A stretch of 64,000 nucleotides of DNA. Origin: Eledone cirrhosa. Its lineage: Eukaryota. This document shows, piece by piece, positions 25,830 to 38,841 of this stretch. Every line of letters starts with the position of its first letter. Position 1 is the first letter of the stretch. The notes beneath the pieces were generated by a model. The model saw nothing but the letters and a program-made list of their open reading frames with translations. It was not told the origin of the DNA and did not search any database. The DNA lies in NCBI GenBank assembly GCA_964016885.1, contig OZ024759.1, forward strand, positions 11,470,001 to 11,534,000, in the 5' to 3' direction. The translations under genes were made by a program, and so were the position numbers.

Positions 25830-26660
25830 TCACCAGTATCATTTAATGTCCATCTTCCATGCTAGCATGGATAGGCTGGGCTGCCCCTTTGTGAGGGATC
25901 AGGCTGGGGGACCGTGTTTTGCTTACACAGAACTGATTTTTAGCTTGGTTTCTACAGCTGGATACCCTTCCTAATGACAACCACTTTACAGTGTGTACTG
26001 GGTGCTTCTTGTCGTGACACCTACACGACCACTTTACAGTGTGGACTGGGTGCTTCTTGTCGTGACACTTACACGACCACTTTACAGTGTGTACTGGGTG
26101 CTTCTTATCATGACACCTACATGACCACTTTACAGTGTGTACTGGGTATTTTTTGTCGTGACATCTACATGACCACTTTACAGTGTGTACTGGGTGCTTC
26201 TTGTCATGACACCTACACGACCACTTTACAGTGTATACTGGGTGCTTCTTGTCATGACACCTACACGACCACTTTATAGTGTGTACTGGGTGCTTCTTGT
26301 CGTGACACCTACACGACCACTTTACAGTGTGTACTGGGTGTTTTTTGTTGTGACATCTACACAACCACTTTACAGTGCAGACTGGGTGCTTTTTGTCATG
26401 GCACCTACACGACCACTTTACAGTGCAGACTGGGTGCTTTTTGTCATGGCACCTACACGACCACTTTACAGTGTGGACTGGGTGCTTTTTGTCATGACAC
26501 TTACATGACCACTTTAAGGTGTGGATTGGGTGCTTTTTGTTGTGACACCTACACGACCACTTTAGTGTGTACTGGGTGCTTCTTATCATGACACCTACAC
26601 GACCACTTTACACTGTGGAATGGGCACTTGCTTTTGTCATAACACCTACATGACCACTAT
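25830..26660 (-). mobile_element. RTE-tailed SINE whose internal 48-bp module is expanded to ~14 tandem copies (25981-26660)
   Basis: ggaagggtatccagctgtagaaac body and catgctagcatggaagatggac tail; module period is 48. Confidence 0.85.
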
Positions 26661-27295
26661 AGTGGTCATGTAGGTGTCTCTATAGTTTTTATAGTTTCTA
26701 AAGATTAGATGCTTCACTTCAGTACTGGCCAGTCTTTGATGACATATTGACATATCCCACCCTTGCTAGTAGGAGTTGTTATATTTTATAAAGATCAAAG
26801 GCTCTGCTTAAGTACTGGCCAGGCCTTGATGACAGGTCCAACTCTTGCTAGCAGGGAAAATGGACGTTAAATAATGATTATGATGATGAGGATGTTGAAA
26901 AACTATAGGTGACCATGTCTATCTAGAAAGTTTAAATATTAAAAAATAAAAATAAACTTCTAAATTAAAAGTAATTTTAAACAACATTGTTTTGGTTTAT
27001 AAAGATTTGATGAAATTTGAAAAAATAAAAACATTTGCTTTTGAAGGCAGCCACAATACAGTTGAACTATAAACAATAGTTGAATAGATTAGATAAAATA
27101 ACCCTGGAGACAAGAAAATAAAAGTGGATAAAATTTGCGACAGATCTGTAATTTCATTCTCGTAGAAAATTCTATCCATTTTTTTTTTGCCATGACTAGG
27201 GATAACCTATGGAGGTAGCTCCTGAGGTTGATGTAATCAACTTTAGCCCCCCCCCCCCCCATGTGATGGCCTTCTATCTAAATTAGAATTCAAAG

Positions 27296-27587
27296 AGTTG
27301 GCTTAAAAGTTCATAGGCTGACCAAGATACTCTCATGGAATGACCAAATGAGGTTTATCTTTTCAACATAGTCCCTGGAAAGAAACAATGCAGTTATTAA
27401 GAAGAGATGAAATTAATGCATGCACGATTTCACAGCTCTAACATCACTCCTTTATAGTCAGCCTTTGAACCTTTCAGCCAACATACATACATACATATAC
27501 TATATTATATTTTGAGAATAAACTCTGTCGTTTACAATAATTAAGCTCCAAGAAAAGGGGCATTTCCGAGCAGTTAAATACATTAAA

Positions 27588-27657
<70 letters not shown>

Positions 27658-27846
27658 ATCGGCTGAAAAGTTTATAGGCTGAGCAAGATACTCTCATGGA
27701 ATGACCAAATGAGGTTTATCTTTTCAACATAGTCCCTGGAAAGAAACAATCCAGTTATTAATAAGAAGAGTTGAAATGAATGCATGCAAGATTTCACAGC
27801 CCTAACATCACTCCTTTATAGTCAGCCTTTGAACCTTTCAGCCAAC

Positions 27847-27892
<46 letters not shown>

Positions 27893-28081
27893 ATCGGCTG
27901 AAAAGTTTATAGGCTGACCAAGATACTCTCATGGAATGACCAAATGAGGTTTATCTTTTCAACATAGTCCCTGGAAAGAAACAATCCAGTTATTAATAAG
28001 AAGAGTTGAAATGAATGCATGCAAGATTTCACAGCCCTAACATCACTCCTTTATAGTCAGCCTTTGAACCTTTCAGCCAAC

Positions 28082-28125
<44 letters not shown>

Positions 28126-28315
28126 ATCGGCTGAAAAGTTTATAGGCTGACCAAGATACTCTCATGGAATGACCAAATGAGGTTTATCTTTTCAACATAG
28201 TCCCTGGAAAGAAACAATCCAGTTATTAATAAGAAGAGTTGAAATGAATGCATGCAAGATTTCACAGCCCTAACATCACTCCTTTATAGTTACCTGATGA
28301 ACTTTTCAGCTGACC
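27296..28315 (+). mobile_element. Four tandem ~190-bp mariner-like MITEs separated by (TACA)n(TA)n
   Basis: TIRs ggctgaaaagtttataggctgac / gtcagcctttgaacctttcagcc; copies start near 27296, 27654, 27889 and 28122. Confidence 0.75.
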
Positions 28316-28464
28316 ATAATATTTTACCATTAAAATAACCTAAATGAAATCCATGATTTCTTCTCTGTTTCTCAGTAGACATTAGAGTTGTATATTGTGA
28401 AGAGGTTAGACCTGTTTTAGAGCTGCAGTTATTCATTATGAGCTGATCCTATGAAAGGATGTGT

Positions 28465-29845
28465 ATTATATAAGTATATATTATATGTATATATATTATA
28501 TTATATATTATATGTATATATGTATATACTATATGTGTATATATACTATATATTATATGTATATATGTTATATATTATATGTATATATGTATATACTATA
28601 TAATATATGTGTATATATACTATATATTATATGTATATATTATATGTATATATATTATATTATATATTATATGTATATATGTATATACTATATGTGTATA
28701 TATACTATATATTATATGTATATATGTATATACTATATAATATATGTGTATATATACTATATATTATATGTATATATTATATGTATATATATTATATTAT
28801 ATATTATATGTATATATGTATATACTATATAATATATGTGTATATATACTATATATTATATGTATATATGTATATACTATATAATATATGTGTATATATA
28901 CTATATATTATATGTATATATTATATGTATATATATTATATTATATATTATATGTATATATGTATATACTATATGTGTATATATACTATATATTATATGT
29001 ATATATGTATATACTATATAATATATGTGTATATATACTATATATTATATGTATATATTATATGTATATATATTATATTATATATTATATGTATATATGT
29101 ATATACTATATAATATATGTGTATATATACTATATATTATATGTATATATGTATATACTATATAATATATGTGTATATATACTATATATTATATGTATAT
29201 ATATTATATTATATATTATATGTATATATGTATATACTATATATTATATGTATATATGTATATACTATATAATATATGTGTATATATACTATACATTATA
29301 TGTATAAATACTATACATTATATGTATATATTATATGTATATATATTATATATTATATGTATATATGTATATACTATATAATATATGTATATATACTATA
29401 TATTATATATATATATTATATATATATATTATATATATATATTATACTATATATTATATATATATATTATATATATATATTATATATATATATTATATTA
29501 TATATTATATGTATATATGTATATACTATATAATATATGTGTATATATACTATATATTATGTGTATATATACTACATATTATATGTTAACTTTGCCTTTC
29601 ATCCTTACGGGATCGATAAAATAAAGTACCAGTAATACACTGGTTAATTGCTGGCCGTGTGCCAAAAGTAGAAACAATTATATATGTATACATATATAAT
29701 TTATATATTATATATTATGTATATATTATATATCTATTATATGCATATATATTATATCTATTTATTATATATTGTGTGTATATATACTATATATTATATG
29801 TGTGTATATTATATGTATATCTATTATATTATATATGCTACTATT
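28465..29845. repeat. AT-rich degenerate minisatellite (tatatactatatattatatg-type)
   Basis: Direct reading. Confidence 0.9.
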
Positions 29846-29855
29846 GTGCTTTTGT

Positions 29856-30517
29856 TTAACCCTTTAGCATTTACATTACTCTATATATACTGAGTTCAAA
29901 TCCCGCCGAGGTTGACTTTGCCTTTCATCCTTACGGGGTCGATAAAATAAAGTACCAGTAATGCACTGGGTAATTGCTGGCCTTGTGCCTAAAGTAGAAA
30001 CAATTACTCTATATATACTATTATATTTTCATGGTAAAGACTTTATCTCACATAATATCTCACATAACATTTACATTACTCTATATATACTATTATATTT
30101 TCATGGTGAAGGCTTTACCTCACATAATATCTACATTACTCTATATATACTATTGTATTTTCATGGTAAAGGCTTTACCTCACATAACATTTACATTACT
30201 CTATATATACTATTGTATTTTCACAGTAAAGGCTTTACCTCACATAATATCTCACATAACATTTACATTACTCTATATATACTATTGTATTTTCACAGTA
30301 AAGGCTTTACCTCACATAATATCTCACATAACATTTACATTACTCTATATATACTATTGTATTTTATGGTAAATATCGAATCTATGAGATTTTGAAATTA
30401 TTGATTTTGAGACCAATACCTTAACATATGTATGAGCAGCCAGTTATGACCGGTTTGAACATAAAGAAGTGAGAGAATTCTGGCCAGATATGGCCGGTTT
30501 AAATGCTAAAGGGTTAA
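29856..30517 (+). mobile_element. piggyBac-like MITE with TTAA target duplication, internal tandem expansion and an inserted SINE A fragment
   Basis: TTAA-CCCTTTAGCATTTA ... TAAATGCTAAAGGG-TTAA, with internal 60/71-bp repeats. Confidence 0.85.
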
Positions 30518-30564
30518 AGTTGAAGTCATGCTTTGTTGATCTTTTGTAGCATGGCTTTATAACA

Positions 30565-30617
<53 letters not shown>

Positions 30618-30805
30618 CTAATGAATATAGATTTATGTGTATATATATGTATATATAAGTATTAAGTTGTTAAACAATATTCGATGATTATGTCAAAGAA
30701 TGAGTTTTACAGTAGATTGGAAGCACTCAACTGAAAATAATTTACAGGAGTTATTAATATTAAAATATAAGTATTAATTAAATAGATGTTCTTTCGATCA
30801 ATTAC

Positions 30806-30858
30806 ATTTTATTATACATATTTCGGATGTACAACAGTATGTCCTCATCAGACAAAAT
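30806..30858 (-). ncRNA. Minimal hammerhead motif
   Basis: Reverse complement: attttgtCTGATGAggacatactgttgtacatccGAAAtatgtata ataaaa. Confidence 0.65.
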
Positions 30859-30960
30859 ATAATGATACATGACATACCCTGAGATATTAAATGGTTAAGA
30901 TTTAAACTACCTTGATTAAATCTAAAGAACATCTATTTAATTAATACTTATATTTTAATA

Positions 30961-30999
<39 letters not shown>

Positions 31000-31090
31000 G
31001 TGTCTAATGAACTATTATCAACTAGTGTCTGTGACTTTACATTTTCAGTGTGATTGTTAATATATATTTGTGTATATACATGTGTATAAA

Positions 31091-31121
<31 letters not shown>

Positions 31122-31122
<1 letters not shown>

Positions 31123-31512
31123 GGAGAGAAATGAGGCAAGCATGCTCCATTGGATGTGCAATGTCAATGTGCGTGAAATACCCAGCATGGATGTGTTGAG
31201 AGAGAAACTGTGTCTGAGAGGGATAGAATGTAGTGTACGGGAGAGGAGACTGAGGTGGTATGGACATGTGATGCGCATGGAGGATGACCGATGGGTGAAG
31301 AAGTGCCAGGAAATGCCAGTTGAAGGAAGACGTGGTAGAGGTAAACCACGAAAAACATGGGCGGAGGTGGTGAGAACAGACCTCAGATCGCTGAAGCTCA
31401 CGGTGGAGATGACGAAGGACCGTGACAAGTGGAGAGATGCTGTGCTGAATAAGACCCATCCCACCCTTGCAAGCAGGGAAAAACGGACGTATGATGATGA
31501 TGATGATGATGA
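31122..31512 (+). mobile_element. RTE-clade LINE 3' fragment
   Basis: ERNEASMLHWMCNV...RERRLRWYGHVMRMEDDRWVKK...GRGKPRKTW...SREKRT, then (GAT)n. Confidence 0.92.
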
Positions 31513-31638
31513 TATAGATATATATCATATATATACATATATATATTTTCATTACCCATCTTGCTGTGGACTATATAATCACATTGAGCTTTAAAATGTT
31601 CTTTGCTTTTATATGTTTGTATTATCAACTTATTTAAA

Positions 31639-31716
<78 letters not shown>

Positions 31717-31862
31717 TAGAGACTAACCCTCAGCTGAACTTAGTGACAAGGTGACCAGGAATTTAAATAAAAATGACAAACACCTGGATGTGTGAAGTGA
31801 CAAAATGTTGTAACCATAGCAACCAAAAATAACAACAGTAGCCTGAATATATTAGTTTATAA

Positions 31863-32266
31863 TGGTATGGTGGCTGCCAACTCGTTTTCGAGTACGGCCA
31901 CTACTTTATATCCATGTAGGAGAACCCCTACCGATGCGCTGAACGAGTGTGACTTTTTAGTCCAGCCAGCGACTTGAAAACTCTGGTACAAACACTACAC
32001 TTGTGACAATCATTGACACATAGTGCTGGGCCCATGGTATCATGTGACGACAAGTGCAGAGAGATCTCCAGATATAAAGCAATGCCTGTGCCGTGAAGCT
32101 TTTATAGTGAGCAAAGGCACTGCACAAAGCCAGCCCCACTCTCTTAACCAAGATGATATTTACCAAAAAGAAGAACAAGTCAACATCATTGGATACCATC
32201 AGGGTTGCAGGTGTTATATCAGAGTTTTCCTTCTCCTAGAATTCTGCCTTGACAAAGGCTAAGGGG
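31863..32266 (-). mobile_element. Degenerate RTE-like element ending in a C2H2 zinc finger (stop codon at 31928-31930)
   Basis: A - strand frame absent from the ORF track reads CHKCSVCTRVFKSLAGLKSHTRSAHR*. It is followed by a stem-loop gtggccgtactcgaaaacgagttggcagccac and an accatacc tail. Confidence 0.6.
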
Positions 32267-32289
32267 TCAATAATAATAATAACAATAAC

Positions 32290-32500
32290 AATTTTTACTT
32301 TAGGCACAAGGCCAGAGGGAAAGTCGATTAAATCGATCCCCAGAGCATTACTGGTACTTTATTTTATCGACCCCCGTAAGGATGAAAGGCAAAGTTAACC
32401 TTGGCGAGATTTTAACTAAGAACGTAAAGGGCCATAACTCTCTGCTGCAATGCATTTTATCTGGCGCTCTACCAGTTACTGCCAATCCACCATCCTTTTA
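32290..32500 (-). mobile_element. Older SINE family A copy
   Basis: Matches the family consensus. Confidence 0.75.
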
Positions 32501-32589
32501 GTAAGAGTAATAATAATAATAATTTCTTACTTCAGATATCCCCAGAAAATGTATTATAACTACATTATCTATGAAACCGTATGGCACCA

Positions 32590-33105
32590 TTAACCCTTTT
32601 GTATTCACATTACTCTATATATACTATTGTATTGTCACAGTAAAGGCTTTACTTCACATAATATCTCACATAACATTTACACTACTCTATATATACTATT
32701 GTATTTTCATTGTAAAGGCTTTACCTTTCATAATATCTCACATAACATTCACATTACTCTATATATACTATTATATTTTCATTGTAAAGGCTTTACCTTT
32801 CATAATATCTCACATAACATTCACATTACTCTATATATACTATTGTATTGTCACAGTAAAGGCTTTAACTCACATAATATCTCACATAACATTCACATTA
32901 CTCTATATATACTATTGTATTGTTATGGTAAAGGCTCTACCTTATATAATTATCTCAATTATTATCGAATCTATGAGATTTTGAAAGTATTTATTTTGAG
33001 AACAATACCTTAACATCAGTATGAGCCACCAGTTACAGCCAGTTTCAACAGAAAGAGGTATAGAATTCTGGCCGGTTTTGTCCGGTTTCAACACTAAAGA
33101 GTTAA
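32590..33105 (+). mobile_element. Second piggyBac-like MITE copy with an independent internal 71-bp expansion
   Basis: TTAA-cccttttgtattc ... aacactaaagag-TTAA; internal sequence homologous to 29856-30517. Confidence 0.75.
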
Positions 33106-33131
33106 AGAAAGATTAACATATAATATTAACT

Positions 33132-34392
33132 GAGTAATAAACCAGTAAACCATCTTGGTGGTTCTATCAGTTGCCATTATATAATATTGCCTCAGTAATA
33201 AACCAGTAGACCATCTTGATGGTTCTATCAGTTGCCATTATATAATATTGCCTCAGTAATAAACCAGTAGACCATCTTGATGGTTCTATCAGTTGCCATT
33301 ATATAATATTGCCTCAGTAATAAACCAGTAGACCATCTTGATGGTTCTATCAGTTGCCATTATATAATATTGCCTCAGTAATAAACCAGTAGACCATCTT
33401 GATGGTTCTATCAGTTGCCATTATATAATATTGCCTCAGTAATAAACCAGTAGACCATCTTGATGGTTCTATCAGTTGCCATTATATAATATTGCCTCAG
33501 TAATGAACCAGTAGACCATCTTGATGGTTCTATCAGTTGCCATTATATAATATTGCCTCAGTAATAAACCAGTAGACCATCTTGATGGTTCTATCAGTTG
33601 CCATTATATAATATTGCCTCAGTAATAAACCAGTAGACCATCTTGATGGTTCTATCAGTTGCCATTATATAATATTGCCTCAGTAATAAACCAGTAGACC
33701 ATCTTGATGGTTCTATCAGTTGCCATTATATAATATTGCCTCGGTAATAAACCAGTAGACCATCTTGATGGTTCTATCAGTTGCCATTATATAATATTGC
33801 CTCAGTAATAAACCAGTAGACCATCTTGAGAGTTCTATCAGTTACCATTATATAATATTGCCTCAGTAATAAACCAGTAGACCATCTTGAGAGTTCTATC
33901 AGTTGCCATTATATAATATTGCCTCAGTAATAAACCAGTAGACCATCTTGATGGTTCTATCAGTTGCCATTATATAATATTGCCTCAGTAATAAACCAGT
34001 AGACCATCTTGATGATTCTATTAGTTGCCATTATATAATATTGCCTCAGTAATAAACCAGTAGACCATCTTGATGGTTCTATCAGTTGCCATTATATAAT
34101 ATTGCCTCAGTAATAAACCAGTAGACCATCTTGATGGTTCTATCAGTTGCCATTATATAATATTGCCTCAGTAATAAACTAGTAGACCATCTTGAGGGTT
34201 CTATCAGTTGCCATTATATAATATTGCCTCAGTAATAAACCAGTAGACCATCTTGATGATTCTATTAGTTGCCATTATATAATATTGCCTCAGTAATAAA
34301 CCAGTAGACCATCTTGATGGTTCTATCAGTTGCCATTATATAATATTGCCTCAGTAATAAACCAGTAGACCATCTTGGTGATTCTATTAGTT
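33132..34392. repeat. 61-bp satellite, ~20 copies
   Basis: Unit ctcagtaataaaccagtagaccatcttgatggttctatcagttgccattatataatattgc. Confidence 0.97.
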
Positions 34393-34494
34393 CTGATCAA
34401 TTTTATTATTTATTGATTAAAAAACAATCTGTTTAGTGTGTAACATGTATTCTGGTCAATAACTTGGCAGCTATGTTAAATACAACTGGGTGTT

Positions 34495-35170
34495 GCATCA
34501 CAATACTGCATATAACTGTTATAGTGTTGTAATGTTGCATATAACTGTTATATTGTTGCAATGTTGCATAATAGTGCATATAACTGTTATATTGTTGCAA
34601 TGTTGCATATAAGTGTTATAGTGTTGCAATGTTGCACAATACTGCATAAAGCTGTTATATTGTTGCAATGTTGCATAATACTGCATAAAACTGTTATATT
34701 GTTGCATAATACTGCATATAACTGTTATATTGTTGCAATGTTGCATATAAGTGTTATAGTGTTGCAGTGTTGCACAATACTGCATATAACTGTTATATTG
34801 TTGCAATGTTGCATAATACTGCATAACACTGTTATATTGTTGCAATGTTGCATAAAACTGTTATATTGTTGCATAATACTGCATATAACTGTTATATTGT
34901 TGCAATGTTGCATAAAACTGCATATAACTGTTATATTGTTGCATAATACTGCATATAACCGTTATAGTGTTGCATAATACTGCATAAAACTGTTATATTG
35001 TTGCATAATACTGCATATAACTGTTATATTGTTGCATAACACTGCATATAACTGTTATATTGTTGCATAATACTGCATATAACTTATATTGTTGCAATGT
35101 TGCATAATACTGCATATAACTGTTATATTGTTGCAATGTTGCATAATACTGCATATAACTGTTATAGTGT
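34495..35170. repeat. 31/39-bp degenerate minisatellite
   Basis: Units of tgcatataactgttatattgttgcaatgttgcataatac. Confidence 0.9.
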
Positions 35171-35589
35171 AATAGTACACAACAACTACACAACTATAGT
35201 GTAATATTACACAACACAGTTATATTGTAACAGTACACAACAGCAAGGGTACTATGTTATACAAGAGCAGCAACAACACAACAACAATATAAAACTGTGT
35301 AATATTACACAGCAACAACATCACAACAACAATATATTAACTGTGTAATATTACACAGCAGCAGCAACACAACAACAATATAATAACTGTAATATTACAC
35401 AGCAGCAACAACACAACAACAATATAATAATTGTGTAATATTACATAATAACCACATACTGTAGAACAGTGGCATATTACATAATACTGTGACACTAGCT
35501 GCTGATATATATATAACATAATGTTATGATATTGTAACAATGACATACCATTACATAATAATGTCACACAAGCTGCTGATATATTATAT

Positions 35590-35780
35590 ATAATTGTTTC
35601 TATTTTCTGCACAAGGCCAGCAATTATCCCAGTGTATTACTGGTACTTTATTTTATCGACCCCGTAAGGATGAAAGGCAAAGTTAACCTCGGCGGGATTT
35701 AAACTCAGAATGGCAAGGGCCGTAACTCTATGCGTCAAAACATGGTGTCCAACCCTCTACCAATACTGCCAATCCACCAT
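35590..35780 (-). mobile_element. SINE family A
   Basis: Matches the family consensus. Confidence 0.85.
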
Positions 35781-35891
35781 TATTGAGTAAAATAATGTTG
35801 TAACATTGCAAAATAACAAAACAATAATTAATAACTCTAGCTTGTGTCATCTGTAATGTAGTTTACACAGGAACAGACAGACAGACAGACA

Positions 35892-35935
<44 letters not shown>

Positions 35936-36019
35936 AGTGTTGTATAATCACTTTGATATATTATTATTATTATTATTATTATATTATATATAACTGTTAA
36001 ATACTGCAACTAAAACTAG

Positions 36020-36480
36020 CATCATCACCACCTCCACCACCACCTCCTCCACCACCATAATCGCCACCACCTCCACCACCACCTTCATCATCATCGCCAC
36101 CACCTCCACCACCACCTTCACCATCATCATCATCACCTCCACCACCACCTTCACCACCATCATCATCACCACCACCTCCTCCACTACATTCATCATCATC
36201 ACCTTCACCACCACCACCTCCTCCACCACCTTCAAAACCACCACCTCCTCCACCACCTTCAAAACCATCACCTCCTCCACCACCTTCATAACCACCACCT
36301 CCTCCACCACCTTCATCATCACCACCACCACCACCTTCATCATCATCACCACCACCTCCACCTCCCCCTTCATCACCATCACCTCCACCTCCCCCACCAC
36401 CTTCATCATCATCAACCCCCTCCACCCCTCAACCATCTTCATCATCACCACCCCCACCACCCACCCCCAAACCACCACCG
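36020..36480. repeat. (CAC/CAT)n degenerate trinucleotide tract
   Basis: Direct reading. Confidence 0.95.
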
Positions 36481-37577
36481 TTTTTAGATCTGCTTTCCCT
36501 TCCAGCAAGGGTTATGATTTATAAAATATATTTGCTAAATGAAATTTAGTAAAGTTCTTGAGATATTATAGATTGTTAAGAAAACCAAACTGGAATGTCT
36601 CCAGGCCTAGAGGAATTGCTTGTTCTGTTGTATATCAAATTCTCTCTTGAGATACAAAGGAAAGCTGTTTGTTGTTATCTTGACACCAGCAGCGTTAATG
36701 TTTAGTTTTTAAGCATCAATTTCAATGTGATTTTGTTTTTATCCCCACATATTTTAATTTCAAGTAAAACAGTCAATCTGAAGGACTAAATATTGGTGTC
36801 TAATTTTGGCGCAAGGCCATCAAATTTTAATTGAGCTGGGGGAAAGAGAAAATCAATTATATTGGTGACTATTTTACCATATATATCGCTCGCTCTGATT
36901 GATTGACAAGATCCCAGACTTCTTTCACTTGCCGAGTGGGGTGGATTTCGTCAAATCAGACCAAGGTAACAATGTTTCCATTGGTCTTTCCATTGCTGAT
37001 ACTATCTACCGTTTGCAGCTCCTGCCAGAATTTACCCCATATACTCAAATATAAGCTGATCTGTGTATAAGTTACCCCCCTCCCCATATTTTATGTCTGA
37101 GAAATAGGTGAAAATCCAAAGCCTGTTTATAAACCAAGGCAACTAACCAACACATTTTACCATCGATTGGTCACATATTCCTTGGTTTATATTCAAGTAT
37201 ATACTGTAGGTACAACACAAATGTTTAATTTAGGCACAAGGCCAGCAAAGTGTTTCGGGGAGGGGGAGAGTTGAATTAATCGTTGGTATCAAAAGTGTTA
37301 AGCAAATTGTTAAATGTTTGTAGAGATATAGTATGAAAGTGTATTTTGTTTAGAATAACAACACCATACCCCTGTAGGTCGTAAGAAGCAACTGGAAGGA
37401 TCAGAGCCAGGAAGGCCTTGGATTATAAAACCTTGCCTAAAAATAGGATTCTGTGTTATGGAACCCTGCAAGGCTAACCCCATCATTAGCAAGAGAAATG
37501 GCTGACAGCACTTGTTGTTGTATAGATATAGTGTGATAAATTTCAGATTGTTGATGTATAAAACCTTGTCATGAAAT

Positions 37578-38215
37578 CATCATCATCATACGTCCCCTTT
37601 TCCCTGCTTGCAAGGGTTGGACGGGACTTATTCAGCACAGCATCTCTCCACTTGTCACGGTCCTTCGTCATCTCCACCGTGAGCTTCAGCAATCTGAGGT
37701 CTGCTGTCACCACCTCCGCCCATGTTTTTCATGGTCTTCCTCTACTGTGTCTTCCTTCCACTGGGATTTCTTGGCACTTCTTCACCCAGCGGTCATCCTC
37801 CATGCGCATCACATGACCATACCATCTCAGTCTTCTCTCCCATACACCACAACTTATCCCTCTTATACACAGTTTCCCTCTCAACATATCACATGTCCAT
37901 ACTACCTCAGTCTTCTCTCCCACACACCACAACTTATCCCTCTTATACACAGTTTCTCTCTCAACACATCATATGTCCATACCATCTCAGTCTTCTCTCC
38001 CACACACCACAACTTATCCCTCTTATACAGTTTCTCTCTCAACACATCACATGTCCATACCATCTCAGTCTTCTCTCCCACACACCACAACTTATACCTC
38101 TTACACACAGTTTCTCTCTCAACACATCACATGTCCATACCATCTCAATCTTCTCTCCTGCACACCACAACTTATCTCTCTTACACCCAGTTTCTCTCTC
38201 AACTCATCCATGCTC
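37578..38215 (-). mobile_element. RTE 3' fragment with a ~71-bp coding segment tandemly amplified ~5 times
   Basis: The LREKLCIRGISCGVWERRLRWYGHV segment is repeated over 37810-38200. Confidence 0.85.
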
Positions 38216-38379
38216 AGTCATTTATGTATATGTGTATATATTTGTAGTAAGGTTGCTTGGATGCTTCCATAGGCGGTATGCTGGTTGAGTATGTGTGTAT
38301 ATATATATTTATATATGTATATGTATACATATATATGTATATGTATACACAGGCATACATATATATATGTATATATATA

Positions 38380-38482
38380 GCCGACCTTACCCAATTACAA
38401 CTCTCCAAGGCGATGACACACGACCGTGACCTCTGGCGTCACGCAGTAATACAGAGTACCCGACCTCCCATGGGTACATGCT
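38380..38482 (+). mobile_element. Divergent RTE subfamily 3' end
   Basis: ADLTQLQLSKAMTHDRDLWRHAVIQSTRP is homologous to the other RTE C-termini. Confidence 0.6.
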
Positions 38483-38801
38483 GAAGCATATAGACAATAT
38501 GCCCCCACACACCCCACCGCAAGGTGGTCGTGGAGGTGCCACGGCAAAAAAGCACCCAGCCCACACTGTAAAGTGGACGTGTAGGCGCCACGAAAAAGCA
38601 CCCAGCACTCACTGTAAATGAGGTTGGTGTTAGGAAGGGCATCCAGCTGTAGAAATCAAGCCAGATCAGTTCCTGTATGAGCAAGGCATGGTCAGCTGAC
38701 CAGACACTGCCCACAACAGGACAACCCGTCTAACCCATGCTAGCATGGAAGAACGGACGTAAAACGGTGATGATGATGATATATGTATATATATATGTGT
38801 A

Positions 38802-38841
<40 letters not shown>

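Noticed and set aside
31866-31950. Possible HDV-like ribozyme
   Set aside because: The spacing does not allow P3/L3 and P1.1. It is better explained as the 3' stem-loop of the - strand RTE-like element.
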